Source: a virus. Taken from it: a stretch of 64,000 bases of DNA. A program made the translations under genes and the position numbers. Numbering within the stretch: position 1 is the stretch's first letter; every line of letters starts with the position of its first letter. The DNA is taken from IMG/VR virus record IMGVR_UViG_3300021478_000015, positions 64,001 to 128,000 of that record; one strand, given 5' to 3'. This document shows, piece by piece, positions 37,001 through 46,096 of this stretch. The notes under the pieces were generated by a model. That model did not search any database, had not been told where the DNA came from, and saw only the letters and a list, made by a program, of their open reading frames with translations.

Positions 37001-40000
37001 GCCACCCGCTCGAAGATCCCGCTCAGCCGGGTCCGCAAGATGGCCAAGACCGAGGTCTCGGTGGCCGGGCTAGCAGTACTGGCCGCCGATACGGGCCGGG
37101 TGCTGATGCTGCAGCGCGCCAACCATGATGTCAAGGATCCGGCTGCGGGCACCTGGGAGTTCCCCGGTGGTCATCTCAACCCCGACGAAGCGCCAGTCGA
37201 GGGGGCTATACGGGAGTGGAAGGAAGAGCTTGGCTGCAAGCTGCCTGCCGGGCATGTCCAGGGCCATTGGATCTCGAAGAAGATCTATCAAGGCTTCGTC
37301 TATGTCATCGAGCATGAGGACGAGGTTGACATAAACCACGATCATGAGAATCGCCAGGTCCTGAACCCCGATGATCCTGATGGGGATGAGATCGAGGTGG
37401 CGGCCTGGTTCGAGCCCAAGGACCTGCCCGACATGCCTGCCCTGCGCGACGAGGTCAAGAGCGGCACCGACTGGTCCAAGCTCAAGCTCAAGAAGACGGC
37501 CGGACTCGAAGCATTCCTGGCCGCCTACTACCATGTCAGCCCGCACTGGTTGCCATCAGGGACCAAGCTCACCCCCGGCGGGGGCCGTCGCAACTTCGGG
37601 GGCCGGGCCGACAGTGACGCCGTGTACATGGCTGGGTCAGAGGGCGAGGCCGAGCAGTGGGGCAACGCCATGGCCCAGGACGAGCCCACTGGCCATCTGC
37701 ACATCTACGAGGTCCAGCCTCACGGCCCGGTCACCCACAGTCAGGGTCATGTGACCATGGACGACTTCCACGATGTGATCGGCCAGCACGCTGCCCCAGC
37801 GGCCACCATCGTCCGCCATCACTACTCCTACGATCCCGAGAGCGGGGAGGCCTTCTATCCCCATGAGGCCGGGCTTGGAGCCTTGGCGGCGGCCGAACCC
37901 ACCTTCTACCACGGGACCAGCGACGATCTAGAGCCGGGTAGCCAGCTTTCGGTGGAGGAGGCCACTCGGCGGCAACCAGAGGTGGCCAAGGCCTTAGAGG
38001 ATCGGGGTGGTCAGCACATCAGCTTCACCACCGACTACCAGCACGCCCAGATGTACGCCGGGGTCCGCGCCCAGACCCGCGGCGGGACGCCTCGGGTGTA
38101 TCGGGTGCAACCAACCGGGGGCTACGAGCCCAACCCCGCCGACGAGAAGTGGCGGGAGGGCAAGCCGCCCATGTCCTTCAGGACCAAGGAGCCGGTCACC
38201 GTCCTGGGGGAGGCCACGCCACCGAAGCGGCGACGGAAGCAGAGCGGACTGATGGCCTTTGTGGCTGTCAATGCTTCGGATGAGGTCCCGCCTGAGCCTG
38301 GTCTCTCGCCTATCCCTGAGGGCCACGTCCGGCTGTTCCACCAGACCGGCCCGAAGCACGTCGAGTCCATCCGTCAGAACGGGCTGACCATGGAGCATGC
38401 TCGGGCCACCGGAGGGCCGGTCGGGGTGTGGGCCAGCCACGGCACCCGCTTCTATCCCGGCCAGGACCACGCCACGGTGGAGTTCCACGTCCCCTACAAG
38501 GAGCTACAGGACACCGCCGGAGGCCAGTCGCCCCACCGCCATCAGCCCCAGGAGGACTGGGAGCAGTCCAACCACCACACCCTGGTCATCCCCCGCTCGA
38601 TCAAGCCCCATGAGATCACCGCCATCCATGAGCCCTGGCACGATCGCTATCGGTACTTCCACAACGAGGGCATGACCGACGAGGTCAAGCAGGGTGGCTT
38701 CGACAACCTGAAGGACATCCCTGACTACGGCCGGGCCATCGACAAGATCAAGAGCGAGGCCAGCCTGCACCTGGCCATGAACACCGAGGACGAGGTACCC
38801 CCTCGACTGGGCACCGCGCCCATCCCGGAGGGCCATGTGCGCCTCTATCACCACACTTGGTCCAAGAACGTGCCCAGCATCCGCGAGCACGGTCTCCTGG
38901 CCGAGATGGGAAAAGGTGACAGTGGCAAGGGCTACGGCAATGAGCTATCGGCCGGGGTATGGGCGGCTAGTCAGCATCCCGAGCCTGATCCCCAGAGCGA
39001 CCGGCATGTGATCGAGTTCCACGCCCACCCCTCCGAGATCGATGTCAACGGGCCTTCTCCTGGCCAGGATGTCCATAAGTGGCAGCAAGGTGATCACAAC
39101 GTCTTGATGCGGGGCTCGGTCAAGCCCGAGAACATCCTGGCTATCCATGCCCCCTGGCATACCGCTTATCATCAGATCAACGATGATCCCCGCGACCGGG
39201 AGGATGTCAAGAACGGCAAGCTGGACTGGGTCCATAACGATCCCTCCATGCCGGGCGTGAGCAAGGCCGTTCACAAGATCCAGGCCGAGGGGGCGGCCCG
39301 GCCCAACATCGGCAAGGGCTGGTGGCTCACCCCCGAGGGCAAGAAGATCGGCGTGTACGACCACTATGAGACGACGCCTGGCATGGCTCGTCAGATGATC
39401 CGCCCGCACATGGCGGAGAGTGGTCAGGTTAGGGTCCGTAGTTTCAACAATCAACTCAACGTGCAAACGGCCCGTCCCTTCACCGATAAGCAGCGTCAGA
39501 GTTTGCTGATGGATGCGGACCGACATAGCCGCATGTTTGTGGACGTGCTCCACCCCGATACTGAGGAGTCCATCCACTCCGAGTCCGGGGGTCCCGAAGA
39601 AGCCGATCGCATGCTGGCCCGAGCCCATCGCGCTGCCATCCCCCATGAGGCCAAGAGGGCGGTGCAGGGTGCTCGAAAGGTCACTCAGGTGCCCCTGCAA
39701 CACATCCTCACTCACACCGAGCCCACCGACATGGCTAGCTACGGCCACACCTGGCCGGACGCCTTCCGCGACATCGAGGAGAACCATGAGGACTTCGCCC
39801 CCAAGCATTGGGGCAAGTTCCTCGATCACGTCCAGGCTCACGGCATCCAGACTCCGGTGGTGATCCTGCATGACGGGGAGCGCCAGAAGCTGTTCTCCGG
39901 CCATCACCGGGTGTGGGCCGCCCACCGTTTGGGCCTCAGCCATGTCCCCGCCTATCACACCGACGATCCCTCCGAGGCCTATGACTTGATGGACGAGCAG

Positions 40001-43000
40001 GCCGCTCATGAAAGCGATTGGCACAAGCAGGCTGGGCTATCGACCTTCATAGCCATCGAGGCTCACCCTGACAGCTACCATACGCTGTATCGAGGATTGC
40101 ACTTCGGTGAGATTGAGCCACACAATATCGATGACTTCCACAAGAATCCCCAGAAGTACATGGGCCATGAGAAGAATGTTGGGATCCATTGGACCGACAA
40201 TCCGGACTCGGCCTACAACTTTGCCACCGATAGAGATCCCGAAGGCTGGGCGCATGAGGGAGATCCCGATGAGGAGCAGGGACATCTCCACGGCGTGATC
40301 CTGGAGGGAAGAGTCCATCCTCGCCACATCATCGACCCGGAGTCTGAGGAGGGCCAGGGCTATGCCATGTCCGACGCCATCCTGGGCCATGAGCATCCCG
40401 AGAACGAGGTGACGGTGCGCGGCGATGCCCGTGTGCATGTCCACAAGATCCACGCCATCACCGAGCACCCCGAGACCGGTGAGAATCGTTGGACCACCCA
40501 CAACGTCTCAGAGCATCACTTGGCCGTTCAATATGAAGCCCTCGGTCCTTATCGCAAGATCAACGTCGAAGACATCAAGCGCAACATGATCATTCGTCCC
40601 AGTTGGGGGCAACATGATTGGACCCGTACTACTGGTGATGCTCAGCATGATCCCGATCATCCTGACGACACTTCGCGTGAGTTTCCCGATGAGGATGATC
40701 CCGATCACGTCAAGATGTACGTGATCCCCATTCACCGGACCTTCACGCCCCATCAGCCTGAGGGGACTCCCTATCACGTCCGGGTTCGCAAGCAGGCCGG
40801 ATTGGAGGGCTTCATAGCGGCCCAGGGACCTACCTACTACCAGGGGCGGCGCAGCGATGGCAGCCGGGCTCAGATCGGCGGAGAGCGGGGTCAGGGCTGG
40901 GACGAGCATATGTTCGTGTCCCACGATCCCGAGGTGGCCCGCCTGTACGCCGGGCATCAGGGCAGCGTCCACGCCATCCACATGGCCCCCGACACCAAGG
41001 TGCTCAAGATCGACCGGGCCAATGGCCCCACCTGGAAGCGCTACGCCAAGGGCACCGAGGGCCAGGGCCTGCTGGACGAGGCCAAGACCATCGTGGCCCG
41101 TGCCGGAGGAGAGGGCTACCACGTTGTGGAGTTCCACCGGCCGCACGATTACATCGGCCACGTCATCCTGGACCGATCCAAGGTTCAGGGCGAGGAGCAT
41201 ATGGCCGCCGGTCACGGTGATCTCATAGGACGAGGATTACACCTCAATCTCTCCGATGAAGACGGCGATCATGAGCTAGCCAATAAGATCTGGGATCATC
41301 ATCCTGATGCGGCTCGACATCTCCTCCACACTATCCATGACATAGGCGGTGGTCACGCCGGGGCTTGGTGGGGAAGACTTAATCCTCAACATCGTGAGTT
41401 CAGCACCCATGAGGTCAAGGATTACGCCGAAGGAGGCGAAGGCGGCGAGGAGTTGATGAACAAGTGGCATCCTGAGGCCCATGATCCCGAGGAAGGCAAT
41501 CACGGTTTGCACGGTGGTGTGGATGTCGCCTTGATCGCTCACAACACCCATGGCTGGGACCCCGAGAAGAATCCTCTGGTGGCGGGCGGGCTCATGGGTA
41601 GCTCCTACATCCCCGAGGGCCAGGGCAAGGACATGCCCCTGCACTCGATCCATGTCAACGACGGTAGGGGCTGGCGACGGCTGCCTCACCCTCCTGGGCT
41701 GACCGTGACCGCGGCTGACGATGACGAGGATTGGCGGGGCCTGCACCAGCCCTCGATGGGGCCGCCTATCCACAACCTGCTGGAGAAGGACGAGGACGGC
41801 GGCCAGCTAGCCCCTGACGACATCTACACCCACATGCACTACTACACCGATGGCGAGGCCAACTGGGACAACGAGTCCCACGCCGCTATCCGCAAGGCCC
41901 GTGGTGACATGCCGCTACACCAGCGCCCGGCTGCACCGGCCAAGATGTTCTCGGAGCGAGCCGGTGGGGGCGAGATGAGCCCGGCCCGAGAAGCTGAAAG
42001 CGATGAGGCCTTCGCCCAGCGCCAGCAACGGCGCAAAGACGGTGAGCACCACGTCACCATCTACCGGGCTGCCCCCAAGGGGCTCAAGTCCATCGGGCCA
42101 GGGGATTGGGTCACGCCCTCGCCCAGCTACGCCCGCGACCACGCCCGTCAGGCCAGCGACCCCAAGAAGGACTGGCCGGTCTACAAGGCCTCGGTCCCGG
42201 CCAAGCATGTGCGCTGGGCCGGGGACTCCCTCAACGAGTTCGGATATTCGGGGCCTGCGGTTAAGCCCACTTACCACACCAGGGGTGGCACCCAGGCCGA
42301 GCGTCTGGCCGCATTCGTGGTCGAGGCTGATCAGCCTTACGCCGGGGGCTACCAGTTCAAGTTCCGCAAGGCCCAACCCAACTCCATGGAGGCTCAGGCC
42401 GATAAGACGCTGAACTATCACCGCCTGGATGCCTTCCATGAGAACACCCAGGATCTTACCCAGGGTCGCGGTGGTCATGCAGGCTTTCTACTCTGGCATC
42501 ACAAGACCGGTGAGATCGGCAGTATCGAGACCCTGCCCGAGCATCAGCGTCGAGGGCTGGCCACCGAGATGCTGGACCAGGCCCGCCAGATCTCCGCCAC
42601 CACCCGAGGGGTCAAGCCCCCGAAGCACTCCAATCAGCGCACCGACGCCGGGGAGGCCTGGGCACGCTCGACTGGCGACCGGCTGCCTCGCCGGGTGCAA
42701 TCCCTGGCCGCCTTCGTGGCTGCCCTGGACCCCTCCGAGATCTCTGAGACCTCACCGGAGGAGTTCCACCGCAACTTCTCCCGGTCCATCGCCGGTAGCC
42801 CCTTCGAGCGTCATGTCACCAACCACACCCCGGAGGAGATCCGCTCCGAGGGTATGAAGCCGCTTACTATCAACCATGGTACGAGTGGTGTCCTGATCCA
42901 TGATCACGGGGATGGTAGGATAGAGCCGACAGGACTGTACAACGATCGGGAGAAAGGAGTGAAGGGTGCCGGTATAGATCTTCTCAAGCATGCCGTTGAG

Positions 43001-43381
43001 CATCACGGGGCGAACTACTTTGAGTGTTACGGCCCGCAACTGCCGAAGATGTACGAGAAGCTCGGGTTCCATACCACCGAGAAGTATCCGTTCGATCCCT
43101 CCCAGGCCCATCCGGACTGGGATTACGAGCAGCACAACCACCCTGATTACCACATCATGAGACCGAACGATCCCCAGCAGAAGACGGCCGCGCTCCCGGC
43201 TGACGTGATCAGTCTTTCCGACGTGGACTGGGACGACCCGGCGGCGGTGGCCGCGTTCAAGGCCCAGACCGAAGCTGAGCTTGACGCTGAGGGCGGCCAG
43301 GACTGGGTCCACATGACGCCCGAGCAGAAGGAAGCCTCCTGGCAGGCAGCCCTGGCTCAACTCGGGGTCCATCTCCCCTAG
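34031..43381 (+). CDS. Capsid maturation protease fused to a polyvalent effector array (3116 aa)
   Basis: N-terminal 220 aa: RAISSR.NDNFD.FP.EEI...F.GKPVFVNH...RTSMG.DV..S.CSACGN...FFENSLLVE.PADPTA (cluster-C-type protease). Then papain-like x2, ParB/Srx x2, ART-fold x about 8, Nudix, GNAT-like x2, separated by repeated GLxxF(V/I/L)A linkers. Confidence 0.8.
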   Translation: MKHYAALEIISAEYGDQHSLRHLAHRADFTYAPRPGYLYVRSRAISSRTNDNFDDFPAEEIEKGYRSFIGKPVFVNHVNEDHKRARGVVIDAALHHDVNPNGSPDTWCEVLMEVDALRFPKLAQAIVQGHIDRTSMGVDVEYSICSACGNKATNPAEYCRHIPQMKGSKIVRRNAATNRPEETLIFETCYGLSFFENSLLVEDPADPTAYFLGVDDRGLRMAQKTAHRKLCRQCLTSSSCAAYGCGRSSEGLGAFVASTPGNFDKIPQHHWDYLSDLVDRVGQREKTPKVCWQVFSAIDHKLGYPQESGYYRGEGHYWNRLPDGSILDASHDQFEEDDDPVRIFAPGDPEHGHFKTAVRHQEGLGAFVAAHDLDEAVTSFKPYAEEQGWHDPTCVGGQCDVASTEFAQHLHEHGIPHEVVTHYPEPGGPMSHSVVEVGDHTVDWTARQFDPKADFPHIEPHHVTRSRWHRTEPYYGEIEYGKDYREASLAGDKSWIKEEHDYEGRHGERRHITRTMTGALPTHLVQHLMGVKGEIPGEHRNKQGQQWEDFKSDIAQNGIKNPIFITQDPGERPKISEGNHRRDAAVELGHPYVPVEMRYFGHAEQDPDNLEDKAQAHFDRENQIRSLGTRRLARYEPEPDAPEEGEYEKEPDPSGFFPNGIATRWRQAHKPLVADALHAWKGDPVNALTHWHHELNDDPQPDSGSGKQMRAQSGALRWELQNNSKTFGRKLYRGVPTAQDRLPKVGDIIDHDDRPRGYSSNRATAWAFARKSGSDHLRRPLVPVTYQTAPGTQGLRIKDYGTGSGLDQSEQEYVLHGQHQVTHVESTDKGLHVRTRPLQSYTAGLRGFVAARGDDPGLDEALDQLGEILSRPSHAPPPKILPEAHEMYGGYIHEHPSGHLHVSEAPGALSKPLEKLYRIVHPKEWEEAQQKGYLQSNTAFSPGYTRASAQPDERWRRQSADPSEIAPKGHTIEIDYHPDDNWHASAEGYAATRSKIPLSRVRKMAKTEVSVAGLAVLAADTGRVLMLQRANHDVKDPAAGTWEFPGGHLNPDEAPVEGAIREWKEELGCKLPAGHVQGHWISKKIYQGFVYVIEHEDEVDINHDHENRQVLNPDDPDGDEIEVAAWFEPKDLPDMPALRDEVKSGTDWSKLKLKKTAGLEAFLAAYYHVSPHWLPSGTKLTPGGGRRNFGGRADSDAVYMAGSEGEAEQWGNAMAQDEPTGHLHIYEVQPHGPVTHSQGHVTMDDFHDVIGQHAAPAATIVRHHYSYDPESGEAFYPHEAGLGALAAAEPTFYHGTSDDLEPGSQLSVEEATRRQPEVAKALEDRGGQHISFTTDYQHAQMYAGVRAQTRGGTPRVYRVQPTGGYEPNPADEKWREGKPPMSFRTKEPVTVLGEATPPKRRRKQSGLMAFVAVNASDEVPPEPGLSPIPEGHVRLFHQTGPKHVESIRQNGLTMEHARATGGPVGVWASHGTRFYPGQDHATVEFHVPYKELQDTAGGQSPHRHQPQEDWEQSNHHTLVIPRSIKPHEITAIHEPWHDRYRYFHNEGMTDEVKQGGFDNLKDIPDYGRAIDKIKSEASLHLAMNTEDEVPPRLGTAPIPEGHVRLYHHTWSKNVPSIREHGLLAEMGKGDSGKGYGNELSAGVWAASQHPEPDPQSDRHVIEFHAHPSEIDVNGPSPGQDVHKWQQGDHNVLMRGSVKPENILAIHAPWHTAYHQINDDPRDREDVKNGKLDWVHNDPSMPGVSKAVHKIQAEGAARPNIGKGWWLTPEGKKIGVYDHYETTPGMARQMIRPHMAESGQVRVRSFNNQLNVQTARPFTDKQRQSLLMDADRHSRMFVDVLHPDTEESIHSESGGPEEADRMLARAHRAAIPHEAKRAVQGARKVTQVPLQHILTHTEPTDMASYGHTWPDAFRDIEENHEDFAPKHWGKFLDHVQAHGIQTPVVILHDGERQKLFSGHHRVWAAHRLGLSHVPAYHTDDPSEAYDLMDEQAAHESDWHKQAGLSTFIAIEAHPDSYHTLYRGLHFGEIEPHNIDDFHKNPQKYMGHEKNVGIHWTDNPDSAYNFATDRDPEGWAHEGDPDEEQGHLHGVILEGRVHPRHIIDPESEEGQGYAMSDAILGHEHPENEVTVRGDARVHVHKIHAITEHPETGENRWTTHNVSEHHLAVQYEALGPYRKINVEDIKRNMIIRPSWGQHDWTRTTGDAQHDPDHPDDTSREFPDEDDPDHVKMYVIPIHRTFTPHQPEGTPYHVRVRKQAGLEGFIAAQGPTYYQGRRSDGSRAQIGGERGQGWDEHMFVSHDPEVARLYAGHQGSVHAIHMAPDTKVLKIDRANGPTWKRYAKGTEGQGLLDEAKTIVARAGGEGYHVVEFHRPHDYIGHVILDRSKVQGEEHMAAGHGDLIGRGLHLNLSDEDGDHELANKIWDHHPDAARHLLHTIHDIGGGHAGAWWGRLNPQHREFSTHEVKDYAEGGEGGEELMNKWHPEAHDPEEGNHGLHGGVDVALIAHNTHGWDPEKNPLVAGGLMGSSYIPEGQGKDMPLHSIHVNDGRGWRRLPHPPGLTVTAADDDEDWRGLHQPSMGPPIHNLLEKDEDGGQLAPDDIYTHMHYYTDGEANWDNESHAAIRKARGDMPLHQRPAAPAKMFSERAGGGEMSPAREAESDEAFAQRQQRRKDGEHHVTIYRAAPKGLKSIGPGDWVTPSPSYARDHARQASDPKKDWPVYKASVPAKHVRWAGDSLNEFGYSGPAVKPTYHTRGGTQAERLAAFVVEADQPYAGGYQFKFRKAQPNSMEAQADKTLNYHRLDAFHENTQDLTQGRGGHAGFLLWHHKTGEIGSIETLPEHQRRGLATEMLDQARQISATTRGVKPPKHSNQRTDAGEAWARSTGDRLPRRVQSLAAFVAALDPSEISETSPEEFHRNFSRSIAGSPFERHVTNHTPEEIRSEGMKPLTINHGTSGVLIHDHGDGRIEPTGLYNDREKGVKGAGIDLLKHAVEHHGANYFECYGPQLPKMYEKLGFHTTEKYPFDPSQAHPDWDYEQHNHPDYHIMRPNDPQQKTAALPADVISLSDVDWDDPAAVAAFKAQTEAELDAEGGQDWVHMTPEQKEASWQAALAQLGVHLP

Positions 43382-43534
43382 TGGTTAGAACAACCCTACT
43401 GGGAAGGGTTGTGCCATATTGCGGTGCCCCAGGGAGGAGGGACCCCGAAGGGTGTCAGTCCCCATTGGACGGTGCTCAGGCCAAATGCATTCCCCGGAGC
43501 CTCTAGGAGGTCGTTGACGGGTTGCTCTAACCAC
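43381..43534. repeat. 16-bp imperfect inverted repeat enclosing a 122-bp structured spacer
   Basis: GTGGTTAGAACAACCC (43381-96) vs GGGTTGCTCTAACCAC (43519-34), 15 of 16 pairs. Confidence 0.6.
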
Positions 43535-43575
43535 AACTGACAATAGCATCTCGGGCCGGGGGATGTGGGCGCGGG

Positions 43576-43611
43576 CCTGTCGGTGACCGGGTCAGGGCGA
43601 CGAAGGGATGA
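43576..43611 (+). promoter_or_regulatory. Putative late promoter motif, copy 3
   Basis: CCTGTC-N11-CAG-N5-CGAAG-GGATGA; ATG 43613. Confidence 0.7.
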
Positions 43612-43612
43612 G

Positions 43613-45796
43613 ATGTCGGTCTTCACCGCCAAGGAGCAGATCTCGGTCCCGCCCGAGGTGGACACCATGCGGGAGGAGATCTGCCCGGTCTGCGGGTCGG
43701 ATGACTCCTACGTGGGCGACAAGTGCTCGGTGTGCGGCTTCGAGAAGCCCCCGTCGATCTTCATGGACCCCGACACCTCTCTGGCTCAGAACGTCAACCT
43801 GCGCCAGGAGGACCAGGAGGACCAGAACGACGATGGGGCCGGAGAGCTTCAGTGCCCCAACTGCGGTGAGACCTTCCCCTCCGCCGAGGCCCTGAACGCG
43901 GCCGGGGATCCCCATCTGGCCCCCGCCGCCCAGACCATCCCGGCCGAGCAGGACCTGGAGGTCCCAGAAGGGGCGGAGGAGGAGCCTGAGCCCCTCCAGA
44001 GCCCGGACGACAACCAGATGGCCCCGCCGCCCCCAGCGGGCCAGGAGGGGCCTCCTGAGCCCCCTGAGAACGAAGATGAGCAAGTCCCGCCCGGCCAAGA
44101 GGAGGATGAGGATGAGCAGCCTCCGCCTGAGGGCGCAGTCCCGCCGGAGGAGGAGCCCGAGGAGGAGGGTGGCCCACCTGCTGAGCTAGCCGGACCCCCT
44201 GAGCCCGGTGGAGCCCCCGAGGAGGAGTCTCCCGAGCAGGGCCAGGTCGAGCAGGTCGATCCCGAGGCCATGGCCGAGCAGCAGTACGCCGCCGACCAGG
44301 AGGGCATGCAGCAGACCGGCTACGAGGAGGGCGACATCTGCCCCAACTGTGGCCAGGGCCTGCTCCAGCCCCTCGGCACCGAGAACGCCGTGCCGGAGCC
44401 GGGTCAACCGCCCGAGGTCGAGGGCTCTGACGAGATGCCCCAGGGCGGTCCTCGACCCTTCCCGCCCGGCGTGCCCGGCGATGACGAGCCCGAGCCCGAG
44501 GACGAAGAGGAGGAGGGTCCTCCCTCAGCGGCTGCTCCGGACCAGGAGGGCGGCGAAGCCGAAGACGAGCAGGAAGACGACGAAGACGAAGAGGACGAAG
44601 ACGGGGACCAGCCTCCCTGGCTGAACAAGAAGAAATCAGCAGTTCTTTTTAACTACCAAACCAGCAGCATCGAAAGGAGCCTCAGTACGATGCCTACCCG
44701 CCCCCGCCGCCCAGTGCAGCGCCAAGCTACCACTCAGACCCAGCCCGAGCCGACGCCGCGTAGCTCGGTCCGTACCGCCCTGCACGCCTCGCTCAACGCC
44801 CAGGCCAACGTCCTGCGCCGTATGACCGCCGCCTGCCAGCAGGAGCGTCTCCTGCGCCTGGCCGCCGAGGCCCGCATCTTTACCCTGGAGCGGCAGATGT
44901 TCCGCTTCGCCACCTTGGCCGGAGCCGACGCTGACCCCGAGCTTCGAGGCATCAACGAGGAGGGCTATCGGGTCCATGCCTCCTTGATGGCTCGCGCCGC
45001 CTCCTTGCACACCGCCGACCAGAGGGATCCAGCCCAGCCGGTGCCCGAGGGCGCACCCGAGGCCCCCATCGTCACCGAGCAGCAGGCGGCCGAGCCCGCG
45101 GCGCGCACCGACGTGACCCAGCTTGGAGCCACCCCGGTGACCGATGTGTCGGCCGACGCCACCATCGCCGTGGACCAGCCCTACGGCACCGAGGCCTTCG
45201 AGCCCATGAACCTCAACGAGGTGGACGTGACCGCACCCGTACAGAACACCCAGGGGCACCTGCCGCCTGAGCAAACCATCATCCCCGTCGAGGTGCGTGT
45301 CGGTGACCCCGACGATCCCCAGCCCTCCTACGGCTGGACCCTTGATGGTGGCAATCCGTCCGGCCAGACCGGAGGGTCGGTGGGATCCGGGCAGCCCACT
45401 GCAGGCGCGCCGGGCTCGCCTCCGGGGGTCATGCCGGGCACCAGGGCATCCCGTAACGACGGCCAGGTGTCCCTGGGTGCGCTGCGCCTGGCTCGTCTTC
45501 GCATCCAGGCTGGTATTGCCCCGGCCAACCAGGACGACCTGTCCATCGCCGCGAGCATCCAGGACAACCCGGATATGACCGTCGAGGCCGTCAACACCGA
45601 GATCAAGACCCTGACCCAGGTGCTCTCGGTCCAGGTCCCCAACGGCCGGGTGGCCTCGGCCAACCGTCGCCTGGTCCCTCGCTCGGCTACCACCCAGAGC
45701 CCGGCTCCATCCCTGGCTCCCACCGAGATGGAAGGCCCCATCCGCGCCCATGCCTCCACCGGGCAAGTAACCGCGGATGAGATGCTCTTCGAGTAG
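43613..45796 (+). CDS. Head scaffolding-like protein (acidic, Pro-rich, Zn ribbons)
   Basis: VPPEVDTMREEICPVCG...CSVCG, CPNCG twice; lies between protease and capsid genes; C-terminal ALRLARLRIQAG helix; start reassigned to 43613. Confidence 0.6.
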   Translation: MSVFTAKEQISVPPEVDTMREEICPVCGSDDSYVGDKCSVCGFEKPPSIFMDPDTSLAQNVNLRQEDQEDQNDDGAGELQCPNCGETFPSAEALNAAGDPHLAPAAQTIPAEQDLEVPEGAEEEPEPLQSPDDNQMAPPPPAGQEGPPEPPENEDEQVPPGQEEDEDEQPPPEGAVPPEEEPEEEGGPPAELAGPPEPGGAPEEESPEQGQVEQVDPEAMAEQQYAADQEGMQQTGYEEGDICPNCGQGLLQPLGTENAVPEPGQPPEVEGSDEMPQGGPRPFPPGVPGDDEPEPEDEEEEGPPSAAAPDQEGGEAEDEQEDDEDEEDEDGDQPPWLNKKKSAVLFNYQTSSIERSLSTMPTRPRRPVQRQATTQTQPEPTPRSSVRTALHASLNAQANVLRRMTAACQQERLLRLAAEARIFTLERQMFRFATLAGADADPELRGINEEGYRVHASLMARAASLHTADQRDPAQPVPEGAPEAPIVTEQQAAEPAARTDVTQLGATPVTDVSADATIAVDQPYGTEAFEPMNLNEVDVTAPVQNTQGHLPPEQTIIPVEVRVGDPDDPQPSYGWTLDGGNPSGQTGGSVGSGQPTAGAPGSPPGVMPGTRASRNDGQVSLGALRLARLRIQAGIAPANQDDLSIAASIQDNPDMTVEAVNTEIKTLTQVLSVQVPNGRVASANRRLVPRSATTQSPAPSLAPTEMEGPIRAHASTGQVTADEMLFE

Positions 45797-46033
45797 CTAT
45801 TGATCTCCACTCAGGAACTGGACTTCGAGATAGTCCACCGTCTCCGGGAGCATCAACAGGAACATTCGTAGTTCGCTTCGACGCATACGCACGGTAATAC
45901 GAGCCTGTTGATCTGGATTCGGTAGCTCAGGATCCGGGCCGGTAATAGGTGGCAGTGAAGTCATGTCGAGATTGTAGATACCCACGAACTCCGGTCTTCG
46001 GGCCGGGGTTCGTTCACGCTCGGCAGAGAAAAG

Positions 46034-46069
46034 CCTGTCCTCCCGACCACCAGAGCGACGAAGTGGTGA
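46034..46069 (+). promoter_or_regulatory. Putative late promoter motif, copy 4
   Basis: CCTGTC-N11-CAG-N5-CGAAG-TGGTGA, then AGGAGG SD site. Confidence 0.7.
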
Positions 46070-46096
46070 AAGCCACTCATAGGAGGCTGAGCGCCC

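Noticed and set aside
37526-38220. Rifampin-resistance arr genes
   Set aside because: Only the generic Arr-like ART motifs are present, embedded in a virion polyprotein; the substrate cannot be inferred.
34031-43381. Inteins explaining the length of the protease gene
   Set aside because: No recognisable intein blocks (N-terminal C-[LFIV] block, C-terminal HN-[CST]) or LAGLIDADG motifs were seen.
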